Of a stretch of DNA of 64,000 nt, positions 1 to 64,000 are shown one piece after another. The first letter of the stretch is position 1. Each line of letters opens with the position of its first letter. A program made the position numbers and the translations under genes. Location of the stretch: positions 7,094,639 to 7,158,638 of the forward strand of contig NC_068997.1 in NCBI RefSeq assembly GCF_001194135.2, written 5' to 3'. The notes below the pieces were generated by a model. That model was not told where the DNA came from. It ran no database searches and worked only from the letters and a program-made list of their open reading frames with translations. Source of the stretch: Octopus bimaculoides (taxonomy: Eukaryota).

Positions 1-954
1 TTGGAATGGAATTCCAAGAATACAAGAACATGTGGGTATACATCTGTGCTGAGAAAACAAATAGATCTTTATTTTTACTGATTCCTATACAAACATTAAA
101 TTACTGGTTTGGATTTATGGCTTAAAATAGTTTTACCAGGACTTTTTAGAGACTTCATTTGTGGGCAAACTGAAATTTGAATCAGGCAAAATTTTGGCTG
201 TGAGCAAATGGTTCCCTGCCCTAAATCAACTAGGTTGCTTTACCTGCTAGAAATAGCAGCCAAATCTCTCAAACATACTCTGCTTTCTTAAGAAAGAAAG
301 GATAATGTTGCCTTTGATATATATGTATATAAAAAGACAAGATAGCACAGATGGAACCCTTTTAACTAATGGTCTACTTAATTAGAACTGACTAGTAGCT
401 GAACAAAAAGAAATTATAGGAGAAATGATGGAATACAAATTTATGAAAGGAAATAAAATTGTGCTTCATTGATGACTTCTTCAAAAACGTTTGTGGCATA
501 AGAAAAATGGGTTAGTTTTAACTGCATCTTAAGGTTTCATTTATGGAGAACTTCTTTCTCTAAATATAATCTGAAACATAGGCAGAAGGTCACAAATTGA
601 GGAGGAGGAATTAATTGGTTAAACTCTATTTTATCAACCTTGATGGAAAATGGATTCAGAATATAAGGGACTTTGATCAAATACCACAAGGCATTTGTCT
701 GATGTTCTCGGGACTCAATGCTTCACTGTATTCAGTCACCATTCTTTTTTGTTCTGACTTGAAATCCAACCAAGACTAACTTCAGCATTTTTCTAGTATT
801 GGAAAATAAGGAAACCAATGAAGTGGGGGCAGGGTGTCGTTCTAACAGACTAAATATGAACTCCTCCAAAATGTGTGACCTTGTGCCAATGTCAGCAATC
901 ATCATCATCATTGTTGTTGTTGTTAGAATAAGTGAACACTATGGAGGAAGAGCT

Positions 955-1165
955 GAGTTCTGGCACAACACCCAAAATGCTGCCTAAAAGACTGAAAGAA
1001 ATGAGAATTGAAACTCGTATTGTTGACTGCAAGAACCCTAAGGAAGATTCTTGAGATTTTAGGAGACTTGTTATCACGAAACCTTAAGATAAGATACCTG
1101 CTTTTTGTCTGCTGCTCTACCAATTCCGTCTGCTTGCTGTTTTAAATAATAATAATAACAACAAT
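955..1165 (+). mobile_element. Decayed 3' end of an R4/Dong-like non-LTR retrotransposon
   Basis: Translation GTTPKMLPKRLKEMRIETRIVD resembles the C-terminus of RLE-type elements; ends in an (AAT)n tail. Confidence 0.3.
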
Positions 1166-2233
1166 ACCGATCCTTTCCACTATAGGCACATGGCCTGAAA
1201 TTTTGAAGGAAAGACAAAAATAATGAAAAATGGAAAATACACAGAAATGCAGAAATTCAAAAATGTTTGCAAGTCTATCCGACATTCCTTTCCTGCAGTA
1301 ATTTTATTCAATCTCCCCGAACCCAAGGGTCTGATGCTAGAAACTTATATTCATCTTCAAGGGTTTTAAAAACTGAAAATTCAGTGGAGTCAGAATATTT
1401 TATGAAAAATGTGTACTTTTAGGGTGTTTGTCAAAGTTAGAGTGATTTGTGGTATAATGCTCGGCAAGATCCACCAAGCAGTGTCATCGTGCCTGATGCC
1501 AATTGCCATTAAATTTTTTCACTTTTCTGTTGTGCAGCCAACATAAGCCAAGTTGTGTTTGGTGGGGCATTCAGCCGTGAACACCAAATGGGAAGCATTA
1601 CATGCCCCACTTTCTGTTTAAATCTTCTGTTGCTTATTTGTTTCAATCATTAGACTGCGACCATGCTGGGGCACTGCCTTGAAGAAGTTTTAGTTGAGTG
1701 AATTGACCCCAGTTCTTTTTTAAAGCCCGGTGTTTATTCTATTGATCACTTTGTTGAACTGCTAGGTTACAGTGATGTAAACAAACCACAAACCAACACC
1801 AGTTGTCAAGTGGAGAGACAAACAAACATACACATGATGGAATTCTGTTTTTCTAGGAGGTCCACCAGTCAGAAACTCTAAATGGGTTTTGACTACAACC
1901 AGAGGCGTCTTATAATAACTCTGCTTGTCATTTCTTAGCCCGTCGGTAATGCTTTCATGTGATTAGAAAAAAAGGAGAGAGAAGTGTCCATGACATGAGG
2001 CAGAGGGGATGTTAATTGTAACACTTTCATGTGATTAATTGAAGGGAAAGAGAGGAGAGAGAAAAAGAGTGAGACAGAAAGAGGGAGAGAGAAGCATCCA
2101 TGATGTGAGGGAGGGGGGCTATAATTTTTATTACGTAGTTAAAAAAGTTAGTTGAAGGTAGAGGAGGAGAGTTAATATGACTTTATCAGAGGGGTGGTGT
2201 TCTGATGGTGAGCTTAAAGAAAGGCAGAGAGGA

Positions 2234-2266
<33 letters not shown>

Positions 2267-3443
2267 TGATGTTAGTGGTGACTGGATAGTGAAAAGTGTA
2301 TTTTTTTTTTATATCACTTAACATGTGCACATAAGTGCAATTCTGTGAAATATTCACACTTATTTATGTGGCAGATATTTGCAGTTTATCTAAAGATTGT
2401 ATCATATGTATGAGATTTTTTTTTTTTTTAATGCGAAAAATGGAAAAATAAAAGTGAATATTTATTTTATGAGTGTTGTGTATTAAGTCTATAAAATTGT
2501 GCAGAAAGTATCATTAACGTCCGCCTTCCATGCTAGCATGGGTTGGACGATTTGACCTTGCACTGACCAAAGCCTTATGAATGGATTTGGCAGACAGAAA
2601 CTGAAAGAAGCCCATCGTGCGTGTGTGTGTGTGTGTGTGTGCACGCATGCACATGCATGTGTGTTTATGTTTGTCTCCACCACCACTTGATAGCCAGTGT
2701 TGGTGTGTATATGTCCCCCGTGACTTGATAGCTTAACAAAAACAGATCAACGGAATGAATAACAGGCTTAAAAAACAAAGTAGCAGGGTCAATTCATTTG
2801 ACTGAAATTCTTGAAGGTGGTACTCCAGCATGGCCAGTTTAATGGCATACAAATATAAAAGATAAACAGAAGTAAAAATATGCCCCTGTCCCTTAATAAA
2901 AAGAAAAAAGAAGTTACAGACCAGCTGAAAAAAAATGTATATATATATACGTACATTTATATAAACACAGAAAAAAAGCAAGATCAATAAACAAATAAAG
3001 GGATGTTTTTTTTTTATGTTAGAAGCAAACTAGCATCAGTGCAAGCAAGCATGCAAAACAACTACAGCAATAGCTATGGCTACAGGTATGAGGTAAATAA
3101 ATAAACAAAAACAAAAATATTAACAAAAAGAGTAAAAGAATGCAATCATGGATTTATTGGTAAAAAAGGAAAGAAACAAAACGATTATTTCTACAATCAC
3201 AAGCAGCAAGGGAAAAATAATATTTTACACAGACTCACACACACACACACGCTCATATATATCAGGTCCATCATATATATATATATATATATTTTATTAT
3301 ATGTATTTATTTTCTCCTAATTAATAAATAACTCGGACAAAATAAATTGGTTAATAGATACCAGGGTAGCAAAGATCACAAAATAACTGTGGTGTAACTC
3401 CTGTTTATGAGGTAGAAACTCCTTGATATTTTGGGTACTTGAG

Positions 3444-3747
3444 TATATATAAATTTAATGAATGGAGTAAAACGCATATTTTAACTGCACACTTTTATTT
3501 CTAACATATGTTTCGAAGAATTACAATTTATACGATCCATAGGAATCGGGGATGTTAAAAATGTAAACTTCTCTTCAGAGAAATGCATGGGAACTAGCTT
3601 AAACGTAAGACATTATAACCGAATATATATTTTTAACATCGCCGATGTCTATGGATTGTATAAATTGTAATTCTTCAAAACATATGTTGGAAATAAAAGT
3701 GTGCTGTTAAAATATGCGTTTTACTCCATTCATTAAATTTATATATA
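3444..3747. mobile_element. Fold-back element, ~119-bp inverted arms (3444-3562 / 3629-3747), Penelope-like terminus
   Basis: Arms differ at 7 positions by my count; sits in a TA repeat; contains a hammerhead motif. Confidence 0.75.
3497..3584 (-). ncRNA. Type I hammerhead ribozyme motif
   Basis: ATTTCT-CTGAAGA-GAAG...CTTC-GAAA-C ATAT G-TT-AGAAAT: 6-bp stem I, both core boxes, extended stem II, minimal palindromic stem III, GUU triplet. Confidence 0.75.
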
Positions 3748-3854
3748 TATATATATAGTCATAGATATCTGTATAAACCTAAAAATACCTACAGTCATTA
3801 CTTTTCACAAATGACAGTAACTTTGTAACCGATGCCATGCTTTTACTAATTTCT

Positions 3855-4300
3855 TTAACCAAAAAGTGACAATGAAGTCAGAAGCAGACACATTCTCGAT
3901 CCTCCCATCAGAATGTCTTCATTGATTACCGTACACAACATGCTTGGGTTTTGATATTTCTCCATTATTGTGACGAGGCCCTGACTGAATGGCTGCATTT
4001 TGGAAGTAGAGTTCGGTAACAAAACAAAACACTTGACAGCTCTACCTGGCAGTCGTCCATACTGTGTGGTCCCCAGGTTGTCACACATTGCTCCAGTCCA
4101 ACACTTTCTGAATGGACTCAATCAAGCAGGTACAAATTCTTCCCAAAAAACAAGATCAAAAAGTGAATATACCATCCATGTCTTGTTTTATGACTTGTAC
4201 TTCATGTTAAACGAGATCTTGTCATTATTCTTGAAGCAACATGGATTAATATATTATTGCACATGGACAAGTGGTAATTTGTGAATGACAATGGCATCGA
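3855..4300 (-). mobile_element. pogo/Tigger-like DDE transposase remnant
   Basis: Fragments NKTWMVYSLF, DNLGT and FVLLPNSTSKMQPFSQGLV resemble N.KAWMT..F, DNA.GH and VFLPPNTTS.IQPMDQGVI of DDE_1 transposases. Confidence 0.55.
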
Positions 4301-4989
4301 ATTCAAGTTTACTCTGATATTTATGTATTTCATGTCTTGATACTTGGTTTTCCTCAGTGGATGCAAATGTTTGTATATCTAATCAACCCATTTTTTCTAC
4401 ATATTGTACAACTGTTCAAGTTCATAATTTTCTTTGTAGATAACGGATTGTTGGATGAAGTTGTTTCTTCTGCTGTCATCCATTGACTTCTGATTCTCAA
4501 GAAAGCTAAAGTATTTTAATGCCATGAAGAACTTTACAACACTGTAATCATCCTGGTGAGATTTTCATTGAAAAATTCTTGTTTTGCTGATTGGATTTGT
4601 TCATGGAAACTGAAAGTTTATTTCTTGTAAAATCAAGCCAAAGATAAGAATCCCATTTTCACACAAAAATATGGCTAAGTACAGTAATTCCACTTCCGCT
4701 GATTTCTAAGATTTTTTTTTCAATGCGTGGCAAATGTTGCTTCCATTGATAAATTCTTTCATTACCAGTTTTGCATTTTTCATGCTGGATACTGTTACAT
4801 TCCTATTTTTGTTGTCTTGAGCAAGTTTTGATGTCACATCATCACAATCCAGAGGCTGCAAAGTTTTGTTTTCTGTTTGATTGCTAATTAAAGCGATCAA
4901 CTGAGATCAAACAAGTAAATTAAGTAACCATATATAAACAAAAGATATATATATACACACACACACATATATATATATATATGTATAGC

Positions 4990-5170
4990 CGATGCCAGTG
5001 CCGCCTGACTGGCTACCGTGCTAAAAAGCACCCACTATACTCTCAAGAGTGCTTGGCGTTAGGAAGGGCAGCCAGATGAGAGCCTGATGCAGCCTCCTGG
5101 CTCGCCAGTCCTCAGTCAAACCGTCCAACCCATGCCAGCATGGAAAGCAGACGTTAAACGATGATAATGA
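4990..5170 (-). mobile_element. SINE-like repeat, family B (copies also near 7060, 17750, 20740, 28380, 36900, 49495, 50660)
   Basis: Shared core gtttaacgtccg..ttccatgct.gcatgggttggacggtttgactgagg in many dispersed copies. Confidence 0.7.
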
Positions 5171-5172
5171 TA

Positions 5173-5211
<39 letters not shown>

Positions 5212-8200
5212 GAGAGAGAAATGGAGGGTGAATCTGTATATATCACATACAGGGATCCCATCAAGGGGTCCATTTTATAATGAAAATCTTAGCAGTTAAT
5301 TCATTCATAATTAGCTAAGTTAATTAACCTAAATGAAAATTAAGTCCGTCACGATGTTCAAATAACATTTATCGTATCAGCATTTTACTGCCTAATTTAC
5401 TACGAGTTGAACAAATATGCTACACAAGATATCAGCAGTCATTCATCTTGTTTATAATCAGTCTTCTGAGGATTGCAGAATTGACCTTAATACTTCCAAC
5501 AACATGGGGAGCCTCTAACAACAGTAGACAATATCTCTTTCAATATGTACGTATATGTATATGTATGATGAATGGATGGATTGATGGATAGAGAAATAGA
5601 TGCAGAAAAGTCTCCTGCTTAGCCAAATATAAAATATGCCTGCAGCCAAGAACTCTGCGCTCAGAATCATCATCATTACCACTACCACCTTTGCCCACAT
5701 GGTTTTAACCTTCACTTTTCCATCTTCACAGGGATCAGATGGAATACATCAAAGACAAATTTTCTATGGTCAAATGCCCTTCCTGTTGTCAATGCTCACC
5801 TGTTTCCTTGACCACTTGTGTAACAGTGACACTTTTTACAACTCTCAAAGAGAAAGAAACAAACATACACTAGCTTTTCTTCCAATCACATATACACATA
5901 AAATATACCATCAATTCCACAGAAAATTGTGTTCTATAACCATAATTCTCAAGGAGAATCAGAGTGACACAATACAAGGCTGTACCTTTAAATTACTGTT
6001 ATGATAATCCATCCAGCAGGCTTCCAGTTTCCATCAAGGTTTGGATTGACCAAAGGCTGTGGTAAAAGATGGCCATACAGTAGAATCAAAGCCAGCCCAT
6101 CATTACTGTAAAGCACACTTCTTAATCATTTGGTAATGTATCCATTCACCACAAATGATGATACAACCAACAAATAAACCAGCACATTCATTAGATCTGC
6201 TAGAAATAGCAGCAGTCAAACCTTCATCAAATCACATCCAACTTTTAAAGGTTAAAAAAAAAAAAGGAGACAATGGATGCCTGGGGCTAAACAACATCAT
6301 AATGATACTCTATAATTGTAAAGTGCCCCAATCAACAATACAATACTGAGCCAAAATCATTCCAGTTGTCTCCAGAAACCAAGCAAGTAACCATCAAAGA
6401 ATTATTTTGAAATACTTCAGCGCTTCCTCAACAGACCAAAGACTAATGTGCCATTCAAACAAACAACCTGTATCACATCCAAAATTTGGATATCATTATC
6501 AGTTTCAAATACACCTCAGTACATTCCAGAGATATATGAAGTATAAAATTAATTAGTCACAGGTAGAATTCTTGCTTATTACCTTTTACATTTTTTTCTC
6601 ATTTTTTCCCCCAATCAAAGATCTCTCTCTCCATGGATGGAGAGAGAGATCTTTGTATTTTTCATTTTTATGAATCTCAACAGAATCTCACTAAAAATGT
6701 CAACAAATTACCTACACTTTCTAAACTTATTTTACCGTTTTTTAAAAATTGTGCGACCCATTTCTATTTTGACGTTAATCCCAGAACTCTTACAACAACA
6801 GCTGCCACTGCTGTGCTCATCGCTCACATTTTGGCTGCATTTTATCTGAAGAATTGGATATTTTTGATACTGTCTATGGTAGGTATGTCAACCAGGGAAC
6901 TTTGTTGATCTAGCTGAAATTGTAATCCAGCTAGTTCAACAGGTTCTAGGAACCAAGATGCAATAAAATCAACGGTGTGTGTGTGTGTCTGTGTGTGATT
7001 GCAACCACTAACCAATGTGTAGGAGTGAAAAAAATGAGATGAAATAAGCAAACGTAACTGCTTTCATTGGGTTGGAGCCTGGAGCAGCCTTCTGACTTGC
7101 CAGCCCTCAGTCAAACCGTCCAATGCATGCTAGCATGGAAAGTGGATGTTAAACAATGACGATAGTGATGACGAACTGCATTGCCCAGGAGCAGAGCACA
7201 AAGTTGCATCAAGTTTGAACTCACCACATCCATTGTACACATTATAAATATATATTGCAATAATGTTAGCAACATTATTAATGTGTCAGTGTTTGTGAGC
7301 AATTGGGAACAGTCGACCAAATCAGCTTGAGTATATGACTGGTGCCTATTTTACTGACCCTGGGAAAGGTGAGAGGCAGAGGTAAGTTCAGTGAGATTTG
7401 AACCAAATTTGTCAAGATTAGAAGAATTCACAAAGATGAACTCTCCTCCCTTACATGGGTTTAAAAGATATTGCAGCTGAAATAAACTGGCACTCCATCG
7501 GTTCCAGTTGGTCCGATCAGTGCAACAGACTGCTTGTGAAAGTAATCTGCAAGTGGCTGAGTACTCCTCAGAGACATGTACCTTTAATGTAGTTCTCAGG
7601 GAGATTCAGCATGAATGTGACAAGGTTTGCCTTTGAAATACAGGTACTACTCATTTCTGCCAGCTGAGTAGATTGGAGCAATAAAATGAAATAAAGTGTC
7701 TTGCTCAAGGACACAATGCACTGTCAAGAATCAAACCCACAAGCCGAATACCCGAACCACTAAGTCACGTATTACCACTGCAATTTAAATCCATTTGCTT
7801 TTATTCCATAAGAAGCTTTATAAGTGTGGGTGTTGATGCAGAGCATCCAGATAAGTGTCCAAAAGAGGAGGAGTTTGTACAAAGAGGAAATCAGTTTAAG
7901 TGTCGCTTATAATTTATGAAAAGTTAATTAACCGTTTAGCATTCTATCAAATCTAATGTTTATTTATTTACCTTGTTTTGAATTAATCATGCGTTACCTC
8001 ATAGCTTTGACATTTTAATAGTAGAATTGTTTATTTTAGAATGGCATTAAAGGGTAGGTGTAAGAGGCCAGATCTGACCAGTTTGAACATAAAACAGTAA
8101 GAATCTTTGGGTTGAACATGGTCAGTTTAAATGCTAAAGAGCTGAGGTATTGTGGTTTTCCGCCTTGTGTCATTGTGTCTTCTGTGTCAATGAATGCACA

Positions 8201-11200
8201 TTTTGTGCTAAATAGTTTGTTTCTTTTTAGTTATAGTTTTTTTATGGAATTATACAACCATCATTGATGGATAATTTTGTCTTTTGGATTTTTTTTTTTT
8301 TTAATGAATGTTGAAATGAAAAGTTGGTTTTGTTGAGTGGGTGGTGTGGTTGAAGATAATGTCCACAAGAATACCAAATATTGGTCACCAAGAGATAATT
8401 CTGTACCCCACCTTCACTGATGTTAATTTGGATTAATTTAACAGGATTTGGACTCAGAATAAAGAGCTACAACACTAAGTCACATTTGCCATTTAGTTTA
8501 ACCAGCTTTCATTACTGCTTTTGTAATTATTATTTTGCAAAGCTTAATCCGTGTGTTTCTTTAAGGAGATTAAACAAGGAACAGAGAAGAACCAACGTTT
8601 AGATTTAATTAAGTATCCATCAAGAAGACCTCGGACCATCGTGATGACATTGTTTGTTACTGGGTCCCAGAATGATATTGATTTCTAACAAAGGCACAAA
8701 GTCGCAAACTGAGAAATAGAGAACAGTTGATTCAATCCACCCAGGTATTTGCTGGCGCTTCTTTTATCCACCCATCCTTTGAAGGATAAAAGGTAGACTC
8801 AATCTCAGTATGATCTCGACAAATAGGCCTTTTTATCTAAATACAGGGCATTTTGCTTGACACTAATCAATTTTACCAATCTACCATCCTTTGTCAAAAA
8901 ACAATAATTAATTAATGTTACTAATTACTGTTACAATAATTAATTAATGTTCAAATCAAACGAAAATATTAAATTAATAAAAAATAGAAATCAATTAAAT
9001 TAAATGGAAAAAACTTTAATAATTTATACATAAAGCTCAGTCAAGAGTAGATTAAACTGGCTTTCGAATAAAAAAAAACTTTTAAATCTGATTTTTTTTT
9101 TTATTTCAATTCATTTTTCACAAAAAATAATGACATTTTCTTACTTTCTTTTTTTAAAGTTCTCACTCGAAAAACATTCTGACAGGCACATTCACATTAG
9201 CATGCAAGAAACACAGATATAGGTTTATAGCAGACTAGCTACAAAAGCATATCATTCTCAATATGAGAATGTGAAGCAAACAATCATTCCAACAACAACA
9301 ACAACAAGTGGGAGGGGGGTGGTGTTGTCATATTACTGATGCTTCACTCCACTTTACTGTTGGGTGAGATGGATATATATATATATGATATGATATGCAA
9401 ATCTCCACCAGGGTAGGGCAGGTATAAATATATATATAACATAACTTTTTACAGATCAAGAACTTATTCCTTGGCATCTGCCCCACCCATATACCTTCAC
9501 AAAGCTAGATATCAAATTAAGGAATGGACAGAATGAACAGTCTCTCTCTCTCTCACAGATGGAGTGAAATAAACTAAAACAGATTTGAAACCACAAGTGA
9601 GATGGTAGTCTAAATACCACCAATTGTCTCATTGACCACATCACTTCTACTGAGATCTCTGTTTAAAACAAAAACNNNNNNNNNNNNNNNNNNNNNNNNN
9701 NNNNNNNNNNNNNNNNNNNNNNNNNNNNNNNNNNNNNNNNNNNNNNNNNNNNNNNNNNNNNNNNNNNNNNNNNNNNNNNNNNNNNNNNNNNNNNNNNNNN
9801 NNNNNNNNNNNNNNNNNNNNNNNNNNNNNNNNNNNNNNNNNNNNNNNNNNNNNNNNNNNNNNNNNNNNNNNNNNNNNNNNNNNNNNNNNNNNNNNNNNNN
9901 NNNNNNNNNNNNNNNNNNNNNNNNNNNNNNNNNNNNNNNNNNNNNNNNNNNNGCACGCTGGTCATTCTGCCAGTTCACGGTCAAAGCTCATTATTTACAG
10001 TTAAGATCATATTTCATTATTGTCTGAAAATCAAGATATTATCAAATGAAAACATCTGGATTTGAAAAATTAAAAGTGTTTTAATTCCATCAAATTTATT
10101 ATTTCTTGCTCCTTATCATTTATCCCTTGACATATTCAAGCTAATGAGGGCATTCATGTAGTCACTTGACCTGCTAGAAATGGTAGCTAAACCTCCCTCA
10201 TATCCTATCATCTTAAAAAAAAAACATTCCCTTTTACCACAAGTCTGTTTGATTAGAACTGACCTGCAGTTAAGCCATTAAATATGGATAATGTTTTTTC
10301 TGTCGATGCAAATCACTTCATCTCCCTCATAAAACAAAGGTTGCAGAAGTAGTACCCAGCTGGAGCATGGAACCAAACAAAATAGCATCAGTTGCAGACA
10401 GAATTCTTAAGTTCACCAGCGATTCTTCTATTTTAGCCACACAGCACAGCACTAAAAGACTTGATAGAATCTCTAGGGATTTGGTTTTCTAAAACCACAG
10501 AACAGAAAATTTTTTTTAAATCAAGAGGTAAGGAGAGAACTTTGACACTCTACACCCTGGCACCTCCCTCCATAGAAAATTAAAATCAGCTTTCATATAT
10601 TTTATATGTTTGAGTACTTTATTCTACGTGGCCAGACCAAGCTACTTTTTGATACTGTCACCAGCTACGTGTTATATATATTCATATATCGAATGATTAA
10701 TCAGACTATTGGATGTAGTTATACACTGCTGGTCACAATGCGCTTTTGCATTGTTTCAACTTTCGAACGATGCCACTCAGCAGCTGGTGAGGTGACCAGT
10801 CTGACATTCCCTGCTGATCGGAAGACTAGTTTGTGACAGGGTGACCCCACTACAGCTGAGTGGACTGGAGCAACAGGAAATGAAGTCATTTGCTCAAGAA
10901 CACAACATGCTGTCCAGTCTGGGAATCAAACCCATGATATAATGATCTCAAGTGCAGCACCCTAACCACAAGGCCAAGCACCATCATAGATTTATATACA
11001 AATTCCATAACAACATTCATATTCCATGTGTATGAAAATTAAGTGGGAGGCTGAAGAGTAAATAGGCGCAGTTGGAGAAATTACAAGATGAAATAGAGAA
11101 AGAGAAGAAGTCATATGTGAGGGAAGAATGGAGGAAGAATGAGAGATTTTGGTAGGAATGAATGAATTGGAATCAATCACACGCACAAACATTCTACACA

Positions 11201-11390
11201 TATATACATAAATAACTAGAGATAAAATGAGACACAATCAGCAAAGCAACGTTGAGAGAGAGACAGAGAGAGAGGTGGAAATGAAATGTGAGGCAGTGAG
11301 AGTGAATGAGGGGGGGGGGAGGGATGAGGTGGAGTGCAGCAAGAGTAAGTATCACACCAACAAGTAGTTAACCTGAAAACAGGTTCAAAC

Positions 11391-63250
<51,860 letters not shown>

Positions 63251-64000
63251 CTGAAATAAACGAAAACAGAGTTTAATAAGAGTTTTTATTTATTTTACTT
63301 TCTTCATTTTTTTTTTTTTTTTTTTTTGGTAAGGCGTCCTTTAGAAGTGAGGAATTGTTTTTACCCCTGGACATCCTTCCAACTCATATTATTCAAACAC
63401 AAAGGAATAGAACTCATTGTCACTGGTGAAAACTGATGAAAGTGCAGTGTCTTATCACTCTAAAGGGGGCAACATTACAATGAAAAAATATTAATGAAAT
63501 AGTTAAATGGTTGTGAAGTGTTTTCTTCCTGGGTATATGATGCCCTTCCTATCACTAACCCTCCTAATAAGATATTATTTCCCCATGGCCAGACATGTTT
63601 TTATGGAAGATTGGAAACAAAGGACATCATTTGCATGATGGTGACACTTGTTTACAGCTACCATGTGATGTCAAGGCAAGGAGACAGTATGCAGATGCTC
63701 ACACACACACACACACACAACATTTGCCTTTTTTTTCAGTTTCAATTGACCAAATCCACTTACAGGGCTTTGGTTAGTGGCCTGGGGCTGTGACAGAACA
63801 CACTGAAGGTGCCATGCAGTGGAAGTGGATCCAAAACCATGTATTTGGAATAGAAATTTCTTACCCATTCAGTGGGTACCTCAGACAGAAATCAATATCA
63901 CTTGATTGTTCACCTCAGATATGATAATCAATATTATTTGATTCAGTGGAATCCAACTTTTTTGTTTTTACTTTTCTGAGATATCAATAGGAGTGTGTGT

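Noticed and set aside
4706-4900. ORF with LQPLD, considered as a second DDE transposase piece
   Set aside because: Only a five-residue match with no supporting neighbouring motifs.
6735-6950. Short open frames on the minus strand with possible acceptors, considered as CHD terminal exons
   Set aside because: No resemblance to the missing BRK2 half, and no consistent phase.

Overview
AT-rich, microsatellite- and SINE-dense animal genomic DNA. The repeat families resemble those of octopus (coleoid cephalopod); this assignment is an inference. Several N gaps are present. The window is dominated by one minus-strand gene, a CHD6-9/kismet-type (CHD subfamily III) chromatin remodeller. I reconstructed 40 GT-AG exons from 63250 down to 11391. 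They join in one open frame of 5955 nt (1985 codons): two chromodomains, SNF2 ATPase/helicase lobes, a SANT/SLIDE-like region, a long acidic disordered region, BRK1 and the first half of BRK2. The 5' exons lie beyond the window, and the final exon(s) were not found. Introns and flank carry tRNA-derived SINEs, RTE- and CR1-like LINE remnants, mariner and pogo remnants, TTAA-flanked MITEs and a 25-bp minisatellite. The most unusual signal is three unrelated short repeat families that each carry a minimal type I hammerhead ribozyme motif with a palindromic stem III, as in Penelope-like elements. Each occurs with an inverted partial copy of its own tail. One motif is structurally complete (3497-3584). 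Another is fused to a tRNA-derived SINE head and flanked by a 13-bp target-site duplication (22499-22864).
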